Assembly: GCA_964057225.1 (NCBI GenBank)
Contig: OZ059894.1
Location: 5,766,001 to 5,830,000, forward strand
From: Auanema rhodensis
Lineage: Eukaryota > Animalia > Nematoda
Reading direction: 5' to 3'
Length of the DNA stretch: 64,000 bases
Of this stretch, positions 41,101 to 54,801 are shown one piece after another. The number at the start of each line of letters is the position of its first letter. The stretch's first letter is position 1. The translations under genes were made by a program, and so were the position numbers. The notes beneath the pieces are model-generated. The model was not told the DNA's origin. It saw nothing but the letters and a program-made list of their open reading frames with translations, and searched no databases.

Positions 41101-44100
41101 AAAGAAAAAAAACTGAAATAAGCTTAAAGTTTAGGTTGGAAAACTTCTTTTTCCCTTTTTTTTCTTGAACTCACCTGCTGCTGCTCCTGCAGTGGTTCGA
41201 TAATGCTGTCTCTATTCATCTGTTTCATAACTCGTTGTTATTTGTTTTGCGAAAACTAAGATATGTATTCAGTTTCCTATTAAACTTTTAATTTATTTTG
41301 TCATAATAAGTACTATTCAAACTTTTTGAATAACTTATTTCCCAATTATACATACTTTTTACTTAGTGTACATTATATTCATATTTATATATGAATATAA
41401 ACGTATATATATATATATATATCTATATCTATATCTATATATGTGAGTATATATATATAACAAAAAAAATAGATGTATATATTTTTGTTTTCCAGACCTT
41501 TCAAAGTATTATACCGTGGAATAGATGAAATATCCTTTTACTTTTCTCCCATTTTCCAGTCATTTTGGTCGAGTAATCCCGCGACACAAGCCCAATTTGC
41601 CATACGTCTGTGAAGCGATCGCATACTCTCTTTTTCATTCCATGTTCAGCTTATCCAATTTTTTCATACTTCTCCTACTTTTCTTGCAAAATTGCAATAT
41701 AAAACTGTTCCGAACTGACAACTTTTTCCTATTTCCTTAACATTTTTATCAGCGACACTTGATCTCATTCCCTCTAAGTTCATCTGTCTCTGTTCTTCTG
41801 GACATCGCAATGAAGATCATTTTGCAACTTGAGCATTAACCAAAAGTTTTACAGCTATATAATTATTTTATTGTAATAGATAATCAAGAAAAAGAAAATT
41901 CTTTTGGAGTTGCTTCAAAGTCTGAAGATGGCCTTTGTTTATTGAAGATTCAATCTTCCCATATTTCTTCATCAAACTATCTTTTCTCACATACTCTTTT
42001 ATTTGCATCATTTGTGTGGTATTTCGGCCTCTCTTTTCTCTGGTAAGCCTGACTGGTCCTTTCTGCCCATTCTAATTAAGCATAAAACCAAAATAATTTC
42101 TAAGAAAAGTCTTTTAAATGAACAAAACCAATATTGTTTATTTTTTTTTGTGAACACACAGATAATTTTTGAAATATTTAATCAGCAATTGGTGTTGAAA
42201 TTTTCTCATTTTAATTTCATATGATTAAGTTGACACCTCCTTCAGACATTGCATGAATAAATCCGCAACTCTTCTCACCAGTCTTTCTGGCTTATTCTCT
42301 TTTATTCTATCTATGAAAATTCCTAATTTAATGGATTGTGAAGCTGACTTTGACGACTGACTAGAAGAAGAACTCATTTATGTTTCTGACATATACTTTT
42401 ATACATTTCAATGTATATTGCTTAACTTGTCTTCAATCATTTGAATAGATAAGCGAGCTACAGAACATACAAGGAGAGAGGAAGAGAGAAGGAAAGCTAA
42501 AGATAAAGCTAGATAAGGAGAAGTAGAGAACCGGAGAATAGACAAACTTTTTTTTTTTCGACGAACAAGCTAATAATTTCAATGAAAAACAGTTTTATTT
42601 CAATATACATATGTATATGCATATATGTGCATATGAAATGAAAATATGTTCTAATGAAAAAGAATTTTTGAAGAATTCGCTAACATGAATCGTTGGTAAT
42701 ATGAAATCGGAAGACTTTTCTGAATCTCATTTCTCTAATTCTCATTTCTGAATATCCTATCCATGAGGATCCCTTTTACTAGATTAATAAGATATTCCTG
42801 TTTCAATATTGGTCGTTCTAGCACTATTTCCGATAGGAAACGTTTTCCAAGTTTTCCATGTTTTTCATCATATACTTTCATTTTCATTTTCATTTGAAAA
42901 TTGATGGTTTTATACAATGCTCTTCTACTATAAGCTTTCAACTTCATTTCAAACCTACCTATTCAATAATGATGTTGAATTTAGATAGCTTCTTTTCATG
43001 ATATCATCTTTGATTCTTTCATTTCAGTTTAGCACAGGTCAAAATAACCCATGAACTATTTGAAAAATATAACATTTTTCCTATTCAAACATCAAATATA
43101 TGTTTTTGTTATCTAATCTGTTCTTTCTTATTATTTATCAAACTTTTTTCATTTCTATTCATTAATTTTCTCCCCCATATTTTAATGATTATCCTTGATA
43201 AAATAAATAAAATCTAGTCAGAGACCAAATTCATCCACTTTTCTGTACAATTTTATCAATAGTAGCAACTTGACACTTTAAAATAGCTCTTTATATTTCA
43301 TTTTTCTCTACCATTCTATTATTTCATGTGGAAATATACATATATGACTTTTTTTATTATTACAGATACATATGTTTTTTGAAATTAACTATTATCTCTG
43401 AAACTTCTAATTCAAATTATTTTGAACATCAAAAAAGGATTTTTGGTTAAAACTATTTAGGTCATTAAATTCAATCAAATCTTGTTTTATTGCATTCAAA
43501 GTAACTCCTATATGAACATACTATATTAAATGAAATATTTTTCAATAACATTTCAAATTCTTTATACTTTTCTCTGAAGTACAAGTGGTTCTATCGATAA
43601 CATGGTAACACAGAAATTCAGCTAATAGATCTACTATCTGTGATGTTGTCTGAGAATTCATGTGTTTAAGCATCAAAGTGATGTCAGAAAATTATTAATA
43701 AAATAAAATAATCCACAATATATATATATATATATAAATATTTATTATTTGTATTTAGAACATTTTTAATTATATATATATTAATATTTATTAATACAAT
43801 TATACATAAATATATTAATTTTATTAATATTTATTTTATATATCATTATCATTTAACTACAAAGTTTGAACAGTATTCTATTTTAATTTCGAAATTAATC
43901 TCTTCTTATATACATACATTCTTATGTATATAATATATTTTCCTACAAAGATTGAGTAAAGGACAGGGAAACCGAGAAGAATGAGTTCAACTTCAAAAAT
44001 TAAAATAAAATTTTTGTGTGTTTTCAATCATCCATTTGAAGAATAAGAGCAACTATGTATACATATATGTACATACATGTGCTATACGTATATGTTATAC

Positions 44101-47100
44101 ATACATTCATTGTGTATTTCGAGTAAAATTCTCTCATATTCTAATAATTTTCTTCAGTTCATTCTCTATCTTCTCTTCTTCATTTTCTTTTTTTTGCAAC
44201 TGTCTATGTTACTTTCATTAGAACAATGCTTGTCGGAATTTTTTTCCGAAGTGAAAATAATTTTTGATAACAATAATATAAAATACTAATATATGCATAT
44301 TGGTATACAGAAGTTTCAACAAATACAGCAGAAACATCATAGAATTCTCATCAAATGCAAAAGTATTCTTTCATCTTTGTTTTCCGTAAACTAATAATGA
44401 GAAATAAAGATATGAAGAAGGAAGCACTGCGAGGTACAAATATAAAATTACTAGTAATATATATTCTAATGTTAAAGTTCATTTTTTTTTCCAATTCGAT
44501 TTTTTTTACTAGCCATTATAACAAGTAATTCAATTTATCATTATTCCTTCACTCTTTCCTATAACGATTTGACCAAAAATGATCTAGGTATAAGAATTTA
44601 TCAAACTTCTCCACAATTTATATGATTCTACTTTGAACATAATGAAATTTCATATATTTTCTCGCTTTTTTTGAAGCAAAATGTTATTTCAATATAATAT
44701 TATTTTAACTATTTATCGTGAATTTATAATAAAATTGAAGTTTCAAAATGATTTTTCAAACATTTAAAGTATTTTCAATTAATCTTTTATTTGTTTTCTT
44801 ATTCTTTGATTTGATACAATTTATTAATAGAGCTTAGAGAAAAATAGTAAAAAGTAACCGTTCATTATCAAATTTCAATTCAAAATGAAATAAAGTGATA
44901 TGAATTAATTGAGAAGTCCGTGAACTTCACGTAAAATTAGTTCATATGAAAGAAAATAAAATATTAATATAGAAAATACAATTGGTAGAATTATATATTT
45001 ATAAAAAAAAATATATGATAATGAATTCAATAAAAAAAAAAAACTGTAAAATATTTTCAAATTCAAATATTAGTTTTGATTATTGTTTCTGTATAACAAC
45101 TATCAACACAGTTTTCGTTTATTTCTCCACTTTATCTACATTTATTTCTTTCTTTCTCTTTCTTATTCTTCCTCTCTAACTTGTTTCTCTTTCTATATCT
45201 CTCTCTTTCTTACTTGCTCTCACTGTCTGTGTCTCTCTTCATTTATTATTTTCTTTTAACACCATAAGGCTATCTCATTTGTGTTCTCTTGGTTTTCATC
45301 ACACTCTTCCATTCTCGTTATATCTAATATTATGACGACAGCTTTCCATATTTCAATCATTCCATCAGTATTTTTACATTTGTCGTGTTCTCACATCAGA
45401 TTTTCAGCAACTAATTACCAGTTCCGTCCTTTTGTCCTTAGAGAGTACAGCAGCTATTACCGTTATATTCCAGCTCTCACACTCTCCCTCTATATTTCCC
45501 TCCTCCCTTCATTTTTCCTCTCTGTCTTCCTCGTCCTTTTTCTCTTTTTCCATATATATATTTCTATTCTTCTAAATCTACCATTTTATTCAATCTCTTG
45601 TACGATTAGCCAAAATGTTTTTGTTTTTTTAAACAATCTTTTTAATATCGTTTTTATTGTCCGATTATATACCTTCCTGTACGTACTTTTAAAATTCTCA
45701 TCCAATTGCACTGTTCTCATTAGTTCAGCTTTTTCTTCACCTTTACTTATTTATATATGCATGTACGTATGTTCCTAGAATTTTTTCTTCGTTTTTCACA
45801 TTATCCGTAACAGCTTTTCTCATTTTCATAAATTTTAAATTAAGTCTCTATAGCAAGTATTATATCAATTGCAATAAAAACTTCATTTCAGATATCAATC
45901 ATCTACTGATTACTATTCAATTGTGGCTTTTGAGTGATAAACATCTGATATTTTCTACTAATTCTCTGAACGATTTATAACTTTTTTCAAGGATCATAAA
46001 AAAAATTGAACTTGATTTTCTTTTGTTAGAATACGTCATCAGACGTCACATTGATGTAAAAAATTGCAAATTCATATCTGACTTTTTCGGACAGAAGCAG
46101 AACGAGTTTATCGTAAAAAAAAAAGATAAAGGCTTCCCTCATTTTTTTTCTTCAAGAGTAGGTTCAGCAAAAATTATTCAGCACTTTGTTCTTCTTGCCT
46201 GGCTGCATTTCTTCATCAATATCTATCTCATTATTACTTTTCCAAAAAAATATTTTTATGAATCACATAGATTGAGGACAAAAGTTCTAGTCGTATTTTA
46301 TTTTCATTCTATAATTCTTCTTCCTCTTCTACTGATGCTACAACTGCCGTTACGATGTCCTGTTCTTTGAACAGAATATTCCCGTCACAGCAAACATTTC
46401 TTGTCAGCGTAGTCGACACCTCTTGATTTTTTGTTCTCAACCTAATTTATGAAAAACTTCACGGCTTCTATCTCTTATATGTACATTCAAAAGTTCCTCA
46501 AGGCCTCTTGAAAATAAAGATAAAAAAAAGAAACAAATTGGACAAATATGTTTATAAATTCCTACACATATAGGCTAGCCAAAAAAGATTAGATCATTAT
46601 GCATTCAGTTCGATACCCCCAGGCAATCTTTGCTTAGGTTATATTTTGTTTGCCTTCGATATAAAAGCTGATTGTCCTTTTTGTGCACAAGCTTGGCGAC
46701 GTAAGGGGACAAAGCTTAACTTAGAAACAGAGAGGAAGATAGAAATTTAAAAAAAAGTGAAATTGAGAGGGTGAGAAAAAATAGATTGGACATAGGAAGA
46801 TCGACAGAAAAGTGAAATGATAGGAAAAGGGCTGCTAAATGTTTCCGTATTCAGGATGAGCAATTGGAGTCGTCTGCAGCAGCACTCCGATAGACGTTTT
46901 TGAACAAAACGTCTGCCTCGTTTTCATTTTTATCTTGGTATCTCTCAATCCACTGTCCATACATTTCTTTCTCTCTCATTCCCTTCGCTTTTCCAATTTT
47001 TGATTTCCGCGTTTTTCCCAACTTCCTGAACTCGTCTGCCAATTAAGATCGTTACTGGACAACATTGCTCCGCAATTTGCCATTTATATTTGATGATATA

Positions 47101-50100
47101 GAATGAATAGAACAGTAGAAACAAGAAAATAAGAGCTGAACAACCGAACCCGATGAAGATTTGCCTTTGACAACTATTCTGTTTTTATTTATTTTCAATT
47201 TGTGTCGTTCTTTGTTAAAGTTATAAATATAAAAAATGACAAAGTTAGGCAGTTGTGCTTGAGCTGAATCATAACTTATCGACAACATTGAAGAAACCAA
47301 TGTAGACATTTTGATGGATGGTAAGCAAAGAAGGAACTCTTGAATTTATGAAATTTCGGACGAGCGTGAAAGAAAAACTTTTTTAAGATGTCTCTCTTCC
47401 ATCCCTTGCTTAATTTAGCTTATTTCGTTTGAGAATTTCTTCTACTGTCTATCGACTTATTTAAAAATGTCTAAAGTCGATAAGTGAACATAACGGAAGC
47501 TCATCTGAATCAACGAAGCTAGATAGCAAGCACAATTCCAATTTTCATCAAGAGTTCATTCAAAGCTACAATTATGTTCTATTTTATCAGAAAAGTGAGG
47601 AGTTTTTATCATTTGAAAGGTATCAAACGTTTATGTAAATACTATTAGTGTTACGTAGTTATCAGTAAAGTGCAAATGATCTTTATCCTCATGAATTTAA
47701 GATTTCAATTTTCAAACTTATTTTCTAGTTCCAGATTCTTTATTATACTACACACTCTTAGTTTTCTGCAACTTCTTTGTAGCTTTTCTCTCTATAGCCA
47801 GGGTTATTTGAACATTTTTTAATCAATTTCCGTTTGATTCATTTGCCACCCTTCTCCGCGTCTTTGAAACTTTAACTTAAAAGCTACGTTGTACTTCCAA
47901 CTCGGAAGCTTAACTGAATGAAGTTTCTAAATTTGGAAAAAATAGAGAACAGAGGTGAACATATCAATACGGTCACATCATTGAATCTGGCCATATTTAG
48001 CCATAGAAATGAAATAATTATGCATCATCCGAGCCAATTCTAATTAATAATTGATTATGAATCCGAATCTCTTGAGATCACAAATCGTTCTCACCACACG
48101 CTATATCATTTCAAAAGAAATATGTTTTTTTATAGTTTATTGAAAAGTTTGTTTTTCATGTATAAGTTCTTCTCATCAGCAGCATGTTCTTGTAAAAGTT
48201 GTATCTCTTCTATCAGCGTACTATATCGTTAGTCTCACTCACCATTGTACCTGTGAGCTCTCTTCAGCATTCCTTTTCTCTATTTTTCTGTCGTTATAAC
48301 ACAATCAGTGCTGTCTAGTTTTCTCTAGCTTCTCTCTTTGTACGATGAACGTTTTCGTAACCTCTCTTTTTCAACTGTCAAATATATTTTTTTCAACTTT
48401 TTCATATAGCTCCACTCTTATATAATTTTTTTCAAATATTCTTATATTTCATTTCTCATATAAATTTTCTAAATCATATTTACTAATTCAGCTAATGTCA
48501 CCATCATTTATTCTGCCTGTGGAACAAAAGCAGATAAATTTACTTATGTGCATATAGAAGCATCCTTGACTCTTCTTCCCCCTTGACAACTTTTTGTGCT
48601 TAGACTTGAGTCATATATGCGTTGTTCATCTTTCTAGCTTTCAAATTTCTTTTTTTTAATATCTCCGTTGTCATGAACTGATTTTGTCCTTCATCAAGTA
48701 TAAGTTCAGCTGAATTGACGCTCCCAAAACGCTAAATATGCGAACAGCCAGCAAGCCGTCACAATCACAAACAGTTTTGAGATCAAGAGATGTTATCTTG
48801 CCTCATTTCTATTTTTGAAATAATAAGAGTTATTTTGAGTTTGAGAAAAATATATTTCTAAAGAAGTAACCTTTTCATTACCGTCTTGACGGTGTTTGTG
48901 ACCTAAGAGAGCAGAAGGGCAGGTTTCAACGTACTTGCCTGAAGACTTTGAATTGAAGTAAGCATTGAATAAAGTAGAGGATGTATATATGTTCTACATA
49001 TAATGAACTCTAAGATTGAGTTCGTATGTATGTTTCAGTGTATGTAAAGCTAGCTATATTTATATATCTATATACATTCATGTATATATTTACACTTTTT
49101 TTTTCACATTTTCTTTTTTTTATTTTTATGTTTTTGCTTGCTTTTTTGATCCTTATGCTAAGTTTTCTTCTTGGTTTGTGTATATAGTTCATGGCGACAA
49201 CATTTTTAAAGCATTTCATAATCTACTCCTCATTGAAAATGTAATTTATCCATTGCTGAATACGTGTCTTCTTCAAAATATGAAAATGTATTGCAAACAT
49301 ACAAATAGATGAATCTGAATTAGTCAGTTGTGCCATCATGCACATCGAACGTTTATGCTGATGATCACAATCTGAATCTGACTACGACATATCCAAACGA
49401 TGTTGAACAGAGAGATACTGATCCCTTTTTCTCTCTCTCTACCTCCCCTTTTCTATTCTACTTTTTTCTTTTTTTTTTCATTTTATCATTATTTTTTTTT
49501 GGTATGTATTGGCATATTTTTATTTCAAAGATCACCACTTAAATCTGCTCTCATTATGTATACTTTACCTTCTTAACCATATAAGGAATTTTTTTTTTAA
49601 TTTTCAAATGCTTATTTCTGCTCATCACACACTCTTATTTGATTTTTGGTTTTAATCAAAGGCTCACTGAAAGCTAAATATAGGTCATTGTTGCTTCAAA
49701 ACCGTTGTAATGCTTCTTTAATTTACTTCAATCTGTTTCAACTTGCTCACTTCTGTGTGGCCCTATTTTTGCTTAATTCCGTTTTGATTTTGAATGTTGT
49801 GTTAAAGAAAAAAAATATTTTTTTCTTCATTCTCACTAGCTTTTTCTGATCTATTGTTTTCACTATTCTTTTCTATCACTCATCTGCATTCATAAACATC
49901 TGCAGGTAGTTTTTAGTTGTTGACCATATCTGAATGTGCTACATGCTTTTTCTTTTCATTTCAAATAGAAAAGATATTCGCATGTCACTGATCCTTTTGA
50001 TCACTACACTATCTGTGTAATCCTTATTTGTGGTGAGTAAAGGTAATTCAGTGGGTGGACCAGTTGCATATTTGAATCGTTTTCTGAGTAAAAGTAATTA

Positions 50101-53100
50101 TCTACATTTATATAAAAGCAATTTATTCGCTAACAAATGCCGAGTAACATTTCATACCTTTTCTCTCTACTTCTCTCTCTCTCTTTTTCTCTCTCTCTAC
50201 TTATAAACCTCAAAAACTTGCAAGTTGCTGTGAACAAGAAGCTTAGAAGAGGTGTTGGCAAAAAGAGTAAAAGAAAGTTTATATGCCACGGAGTTCACGC
50301 CAATCTTACGTGTCTTTTCATTTTATTCTAAAGCTTACGTATAGGTTGGTTGTATTCAGTATTGTTCTTTTGAAACTGTTGTTTGAACCACAAACTTAAA
50401 ACGTGAAATGTTCTATTTAAAACATTTTGAAGAAATTCCAAATTTATTATTATTATATCCTGCTCTATAGTCGATATTTTTTATTTCATAAGCTAAAGTG
50501 CGGCTCTAGTTATATTTTTAATTTTATTTTTAAATATGTTCTTTATAAAAGCATTCAAAAAATTTCATTTTCTTTTCGTCATTTTTATCATAATATAACA
50601 ATGAGTATTCCCATTTTCTTCCTATATTTTCTATTCTTTAAGAAATAGAATTGTCCCACTGAAAACTTGCTCTTCCTTTTTTTCATTTAGAATATAATTT
50701 AAGTTGAAGAATGAATAAATACGAGCATTTTTTACTCCAGCGTTCGTCCGGAAAAGGCTTGACTCAATTTCTCTTACCTCTCATTTCCTGCCATCTCCTT
50801 ATTTCGTATCCTTCTTCTGTTTCCAAGAAAAAATTGGAATGTAACGTATGTCAGCGACAAAATTTCTTGAGATTATTTCGCGACATCTAAAACTAAAAGG
50901 AGAAGAGAATTATTACTTTTTCTTTCAATTACACATATTTTTGCAAATCAATCAGAAAGTTACGTTTATTTCCTCATTCGCTAGTCATTTCCTTTTTCTT
51001 GTTCTTCAGTTTGTTCGCTCATTTTTCATATGTTTTTTCTGACGTTTTCAGTCTATGCTGTTGTATTTTTTTGTTTTCATGTTAAACATTGTGAGTTGAA
51101 GAGGGATATATGAATAGCGAGTAAAGTGAGTTTTTTTCCTAATTGTGCAAGAAAGAAAAAGAGATTATGTTATAATTTACTGACATCACATATAGTAAAG
51201 AAAAATGTACGTTTCCCTTTATCACTTGCAAAAACTGTTTGAATTGATCAGTGCAAGATACCAACATTTCAAGCTATTCCATGTGTCATGGAAACGCTTT
51301 TTACGATTTCCTGTCACGAAAAGTTTGATATCTTCAAGCAAAAGAATAATTCCCGTTTGCTCACCATAATTTTCTTTTTGAAAATTTCTTGCTATTGATA
51401 ACATTTTTTGAAAATTTTGAAAGAAAACGAATTGAGTAAGAAGAGCAGGAAATAAACTAAAAGTGTGAGAGAAGGAGAGAGAGAAAAACAGAGATAAAGA
51501 TAGTGATTGAAAAGTGAATAGGTTCAGGCTTCATATAAAGAAGAATGAAGAAAGAGTAAAATGAAGATATAGTAAAATAATACGAAAAATTAACATGAAT
51601 AGAATCATATTTGGTTGTGGCATATGACAGAAAATATTTTTCCTCGTCAGTAAGCAGAACAAGCATATGATGTTAACTTGCTCAGTTTAAGAAAAAAAAG
51701 CAAATTAAGGTTGAAAATGATTTTTATATGCCATATTCATTTATATGTACACATATATTATTTATAATATAACTGTATTAGATTGTACACATATACATAT
51801 GTACATAGAAATGTATGTAATTTTTAGATTGTAAAGGTTACAACATTATTTTTTTTTTAAATATCATATGTTCTTCATCAGTTTATAGTATACTTATAGT
51901 ATATAAACTAATGAAGAGCATATAATATAACATATAGTTTTCTATGTATATTCAACCTTTTAATCATTGATCCCATAAATAATGAAACTTGAATCATTAT
52001 CGTCCATTCAAATACATTTACTTTTGATTCAGATCTGTTAGGGAAAGTTCGATTTTCGTTTTCTCTTCATTGCTCTTTTTCATCCTTCCTTCCTTCGTAA
52101 CTACTCGGCTTCTATTTTTCCGTTTCTTTTTATCTCTCTTTCTCTTTCTCTGTCTCTCCTTTACTCTTTCTCCCTCTCTTTTCCTCCCTCTTCCTTCTCT
52201 CTTCTTCCCTCTATTTTCTCCTGTTTTTCTACATTCTCCACTTTTTCTCATTCTCATCTATCCCCCTCTCTATTTCCTTTTGTTTCATTTGATCTTAACA
52301 AGTTATGTGGTATATTCTGATTAAAGCTCAATTTTTTATAGCTTCATACAGATATTTCCATAGTTCAAACTTATTTAATCAAAAAATAATGTGGAGGCAT
52401 TCAAACGATTATCAATCGTATATTCGTTTGTCGTTATCACAATACATTTCTTATATATCGTATTTCATTAAAACCACGATTTGAAAAGGTGTTCGATTTA
52501 TCTGAATTTCTACAACATTACTTCACTAAGTTTCCCTTTTAACTCCAGTTTATGCACTTGCATGTTGAATCTTACATCCTCGTTGGAATGATGCAGATTG
52601 TATCAAATAAAAAACGTTTTTGATTGAATTTGTCTTTTATATTATGTAGGAAAGAAGTTTTGCGGGGGTCAGCATTTCCTTCACCATCTCCTACCCTTTG
52701 AGAGCTAGTTGCTGTGTGAACTGACAGACGTCATGAAATTTTCTCGTTCCTTTCCTGTTGGACTTCTGCATCACTATCGTACTTCTGTTTCTTCCTTCCT
52801 TTCGGTTTCCGTGAAAATAATTTCAATAATCAATGCTCTTACTCCAAACTTGAAGTTTATCGTACCTTGGTGCACATTTTCTTGTTTTTTTTTCAACGGC
52901 TTGTACGACTTTTATTCTGTATTGCTTATATATAAAAGTATATATCAAACAACAGATATTAAACATGATCTTTTTCACATTTTTCATATTGAGGAGTTCA
53001 AACTGCAACAGTTTTTTTATTATTCATTAATATATTGAATTCTATAAGAACTTTAATTTTATTTAATAGCCCATTCTTATGAATAATATTCGTTTTCTTT

Positions 53101-54801
53101 TCACTCCAGGATATCCAGAGCACATCTTATTTATATGTTCTTTCTCTTTTTTCTTGATTAAACCGCTGTTCAAGATCATTTTTTGATTTCAGAATTATAT
53201 GCTCAAACTATTGTATTTAACAAAACATATTTGAAATAAGCTAGTTTCTTTAAATTTTAATATTGAGTATAAAAGTGTACAAAATCAAAACGAAAATTTA
53301 AAATTACTAAAGAAAATTAATTGCATATGATTCAAAAAAGAAAAGAAGTATACTAACAACTAGATGGCTGTATATGCAAATATGATCGCCAAGCAGATTA
53401 AGCAGCAAAAAAAAGCAGATAAAAAAGAGACAATTGAGGATAGAGGCGGAGGTAGAAAAAAAGAGAAAAAATCTGAAATATAAGACGTGCTAAACAGGCA
53501 GAGACTAAGCAAAATAGGTTAGGTGATGGGAATATATCAGGCTATTTCAGATATTCGGCGACTATTTTGCTTGGCACAGCAGATGCTCTGCCAATTAAAC
53601 ACATAGTTGTTAAACATAGATTGACTCAATTTAAATATGTATGCCTTCAATCTCTTTACTCTTCTTCTATACATCTCCCTTTATCTCTTTCTTTCTTTCC
53701 CTGCTCTCTCTTTCTTTTCACCAAATCAATCTACTTTCCACTCCTTTCTTTCTCGTTTGCCTCTGTTACTCTTACTTTTCTTTCTATACACGTACCTTCC
53801 CTTTCTATCTCAATCTGACTTGTTATTTGTGAATTGACTCCTCCTCTATTTATATTTCATTTCAATCTAGTAGTGGTACCCCTTCAATTCTAATTTTTTC
53901 TTGTTTTTTTCATAAGTTTTTTTTGCGAAATGTCCAGGTTAGTACGTTTAATCCAGCAAGTTCTCACAGATTCTAAGCCATATCTGGAAAAGTTATGTTT
54001 GAGAATAATTTCTCTCTGATCAACGTGCAACTACTAGGAAATTTTTTAAAATATTTGTATTCTTTTTCTCGCACAATTTACTCGTTTTTTCAGCAATTTT
54101 TCGTGACAGAATTTGAATCGAAAAACAAATGTCGAACATTAAAAAAAATCTTATTCCTATCTATCTATATTAAATGTTTAGTAATTTTTTGAAAAATATG
54201 ATATGAATTTTATTAACATATTGGAGATCCACTTCAAGTTATTTCATGCGGTCATTTTCATATCCGCATGACGTCATTGGAATTACTAAAAATCGCACTG
54301 TTCTGTTTTCTTTTCTTCAAAGAAGATAGATGACGAACATAGTTCAAGTATTATTCTTTTATTCATAATTGGCATTGTTTCATCCGTAAACGTTTATTGA
54401 AAATGTAAGATTTGAGCAGAATGCCGTGATCCTCCTTCTTTTGAATTCTTGTCCCTACCGTGATTCCTATTCTCTTTTCATATGCTTCAAGCACTCTGCA
54501 TCTCATTTTCTTCATTTTTTCCGCCTTCATCATCAAATTTGTGTATGTATGAATGCCAAAAAGAACTCTTCATATTCTTCTGATATCTTTGTCTTTTTTC
54601 ATATCTTCGTTCTAAATTATTTCATCTCTTGTTTCGTCCTATTATTTTCTATTCAATATGAAAATGTGAACGTTATCTGCTGTTGAAAATCTGCTTTTTT
54701 TTATTTTGCATTTCATTCTATCTTACAAGTAAATTTGGAAAAAAAAATTATTTTCACATATTACAGGAACAGCTTTTCCAATGTTCTAAGAACAGAAATA
54801 T

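Noticed and set aside
42504-42525. ATAAAGCTAGATAA resembling miR-79/miR-9*
   Set aside because: Embedded in a purine tract with no pairing arm.
46560-46630. GTTCGATACCC as a tRNA T-arm or B-box
   Set aside because: No cloverleaf or A-box can be built around it.
50836-50856. TGGAATGTAA resembling miR-1
   Set aside because: Only a 6-bp local stem, and the 3' half diverges from miR-1.
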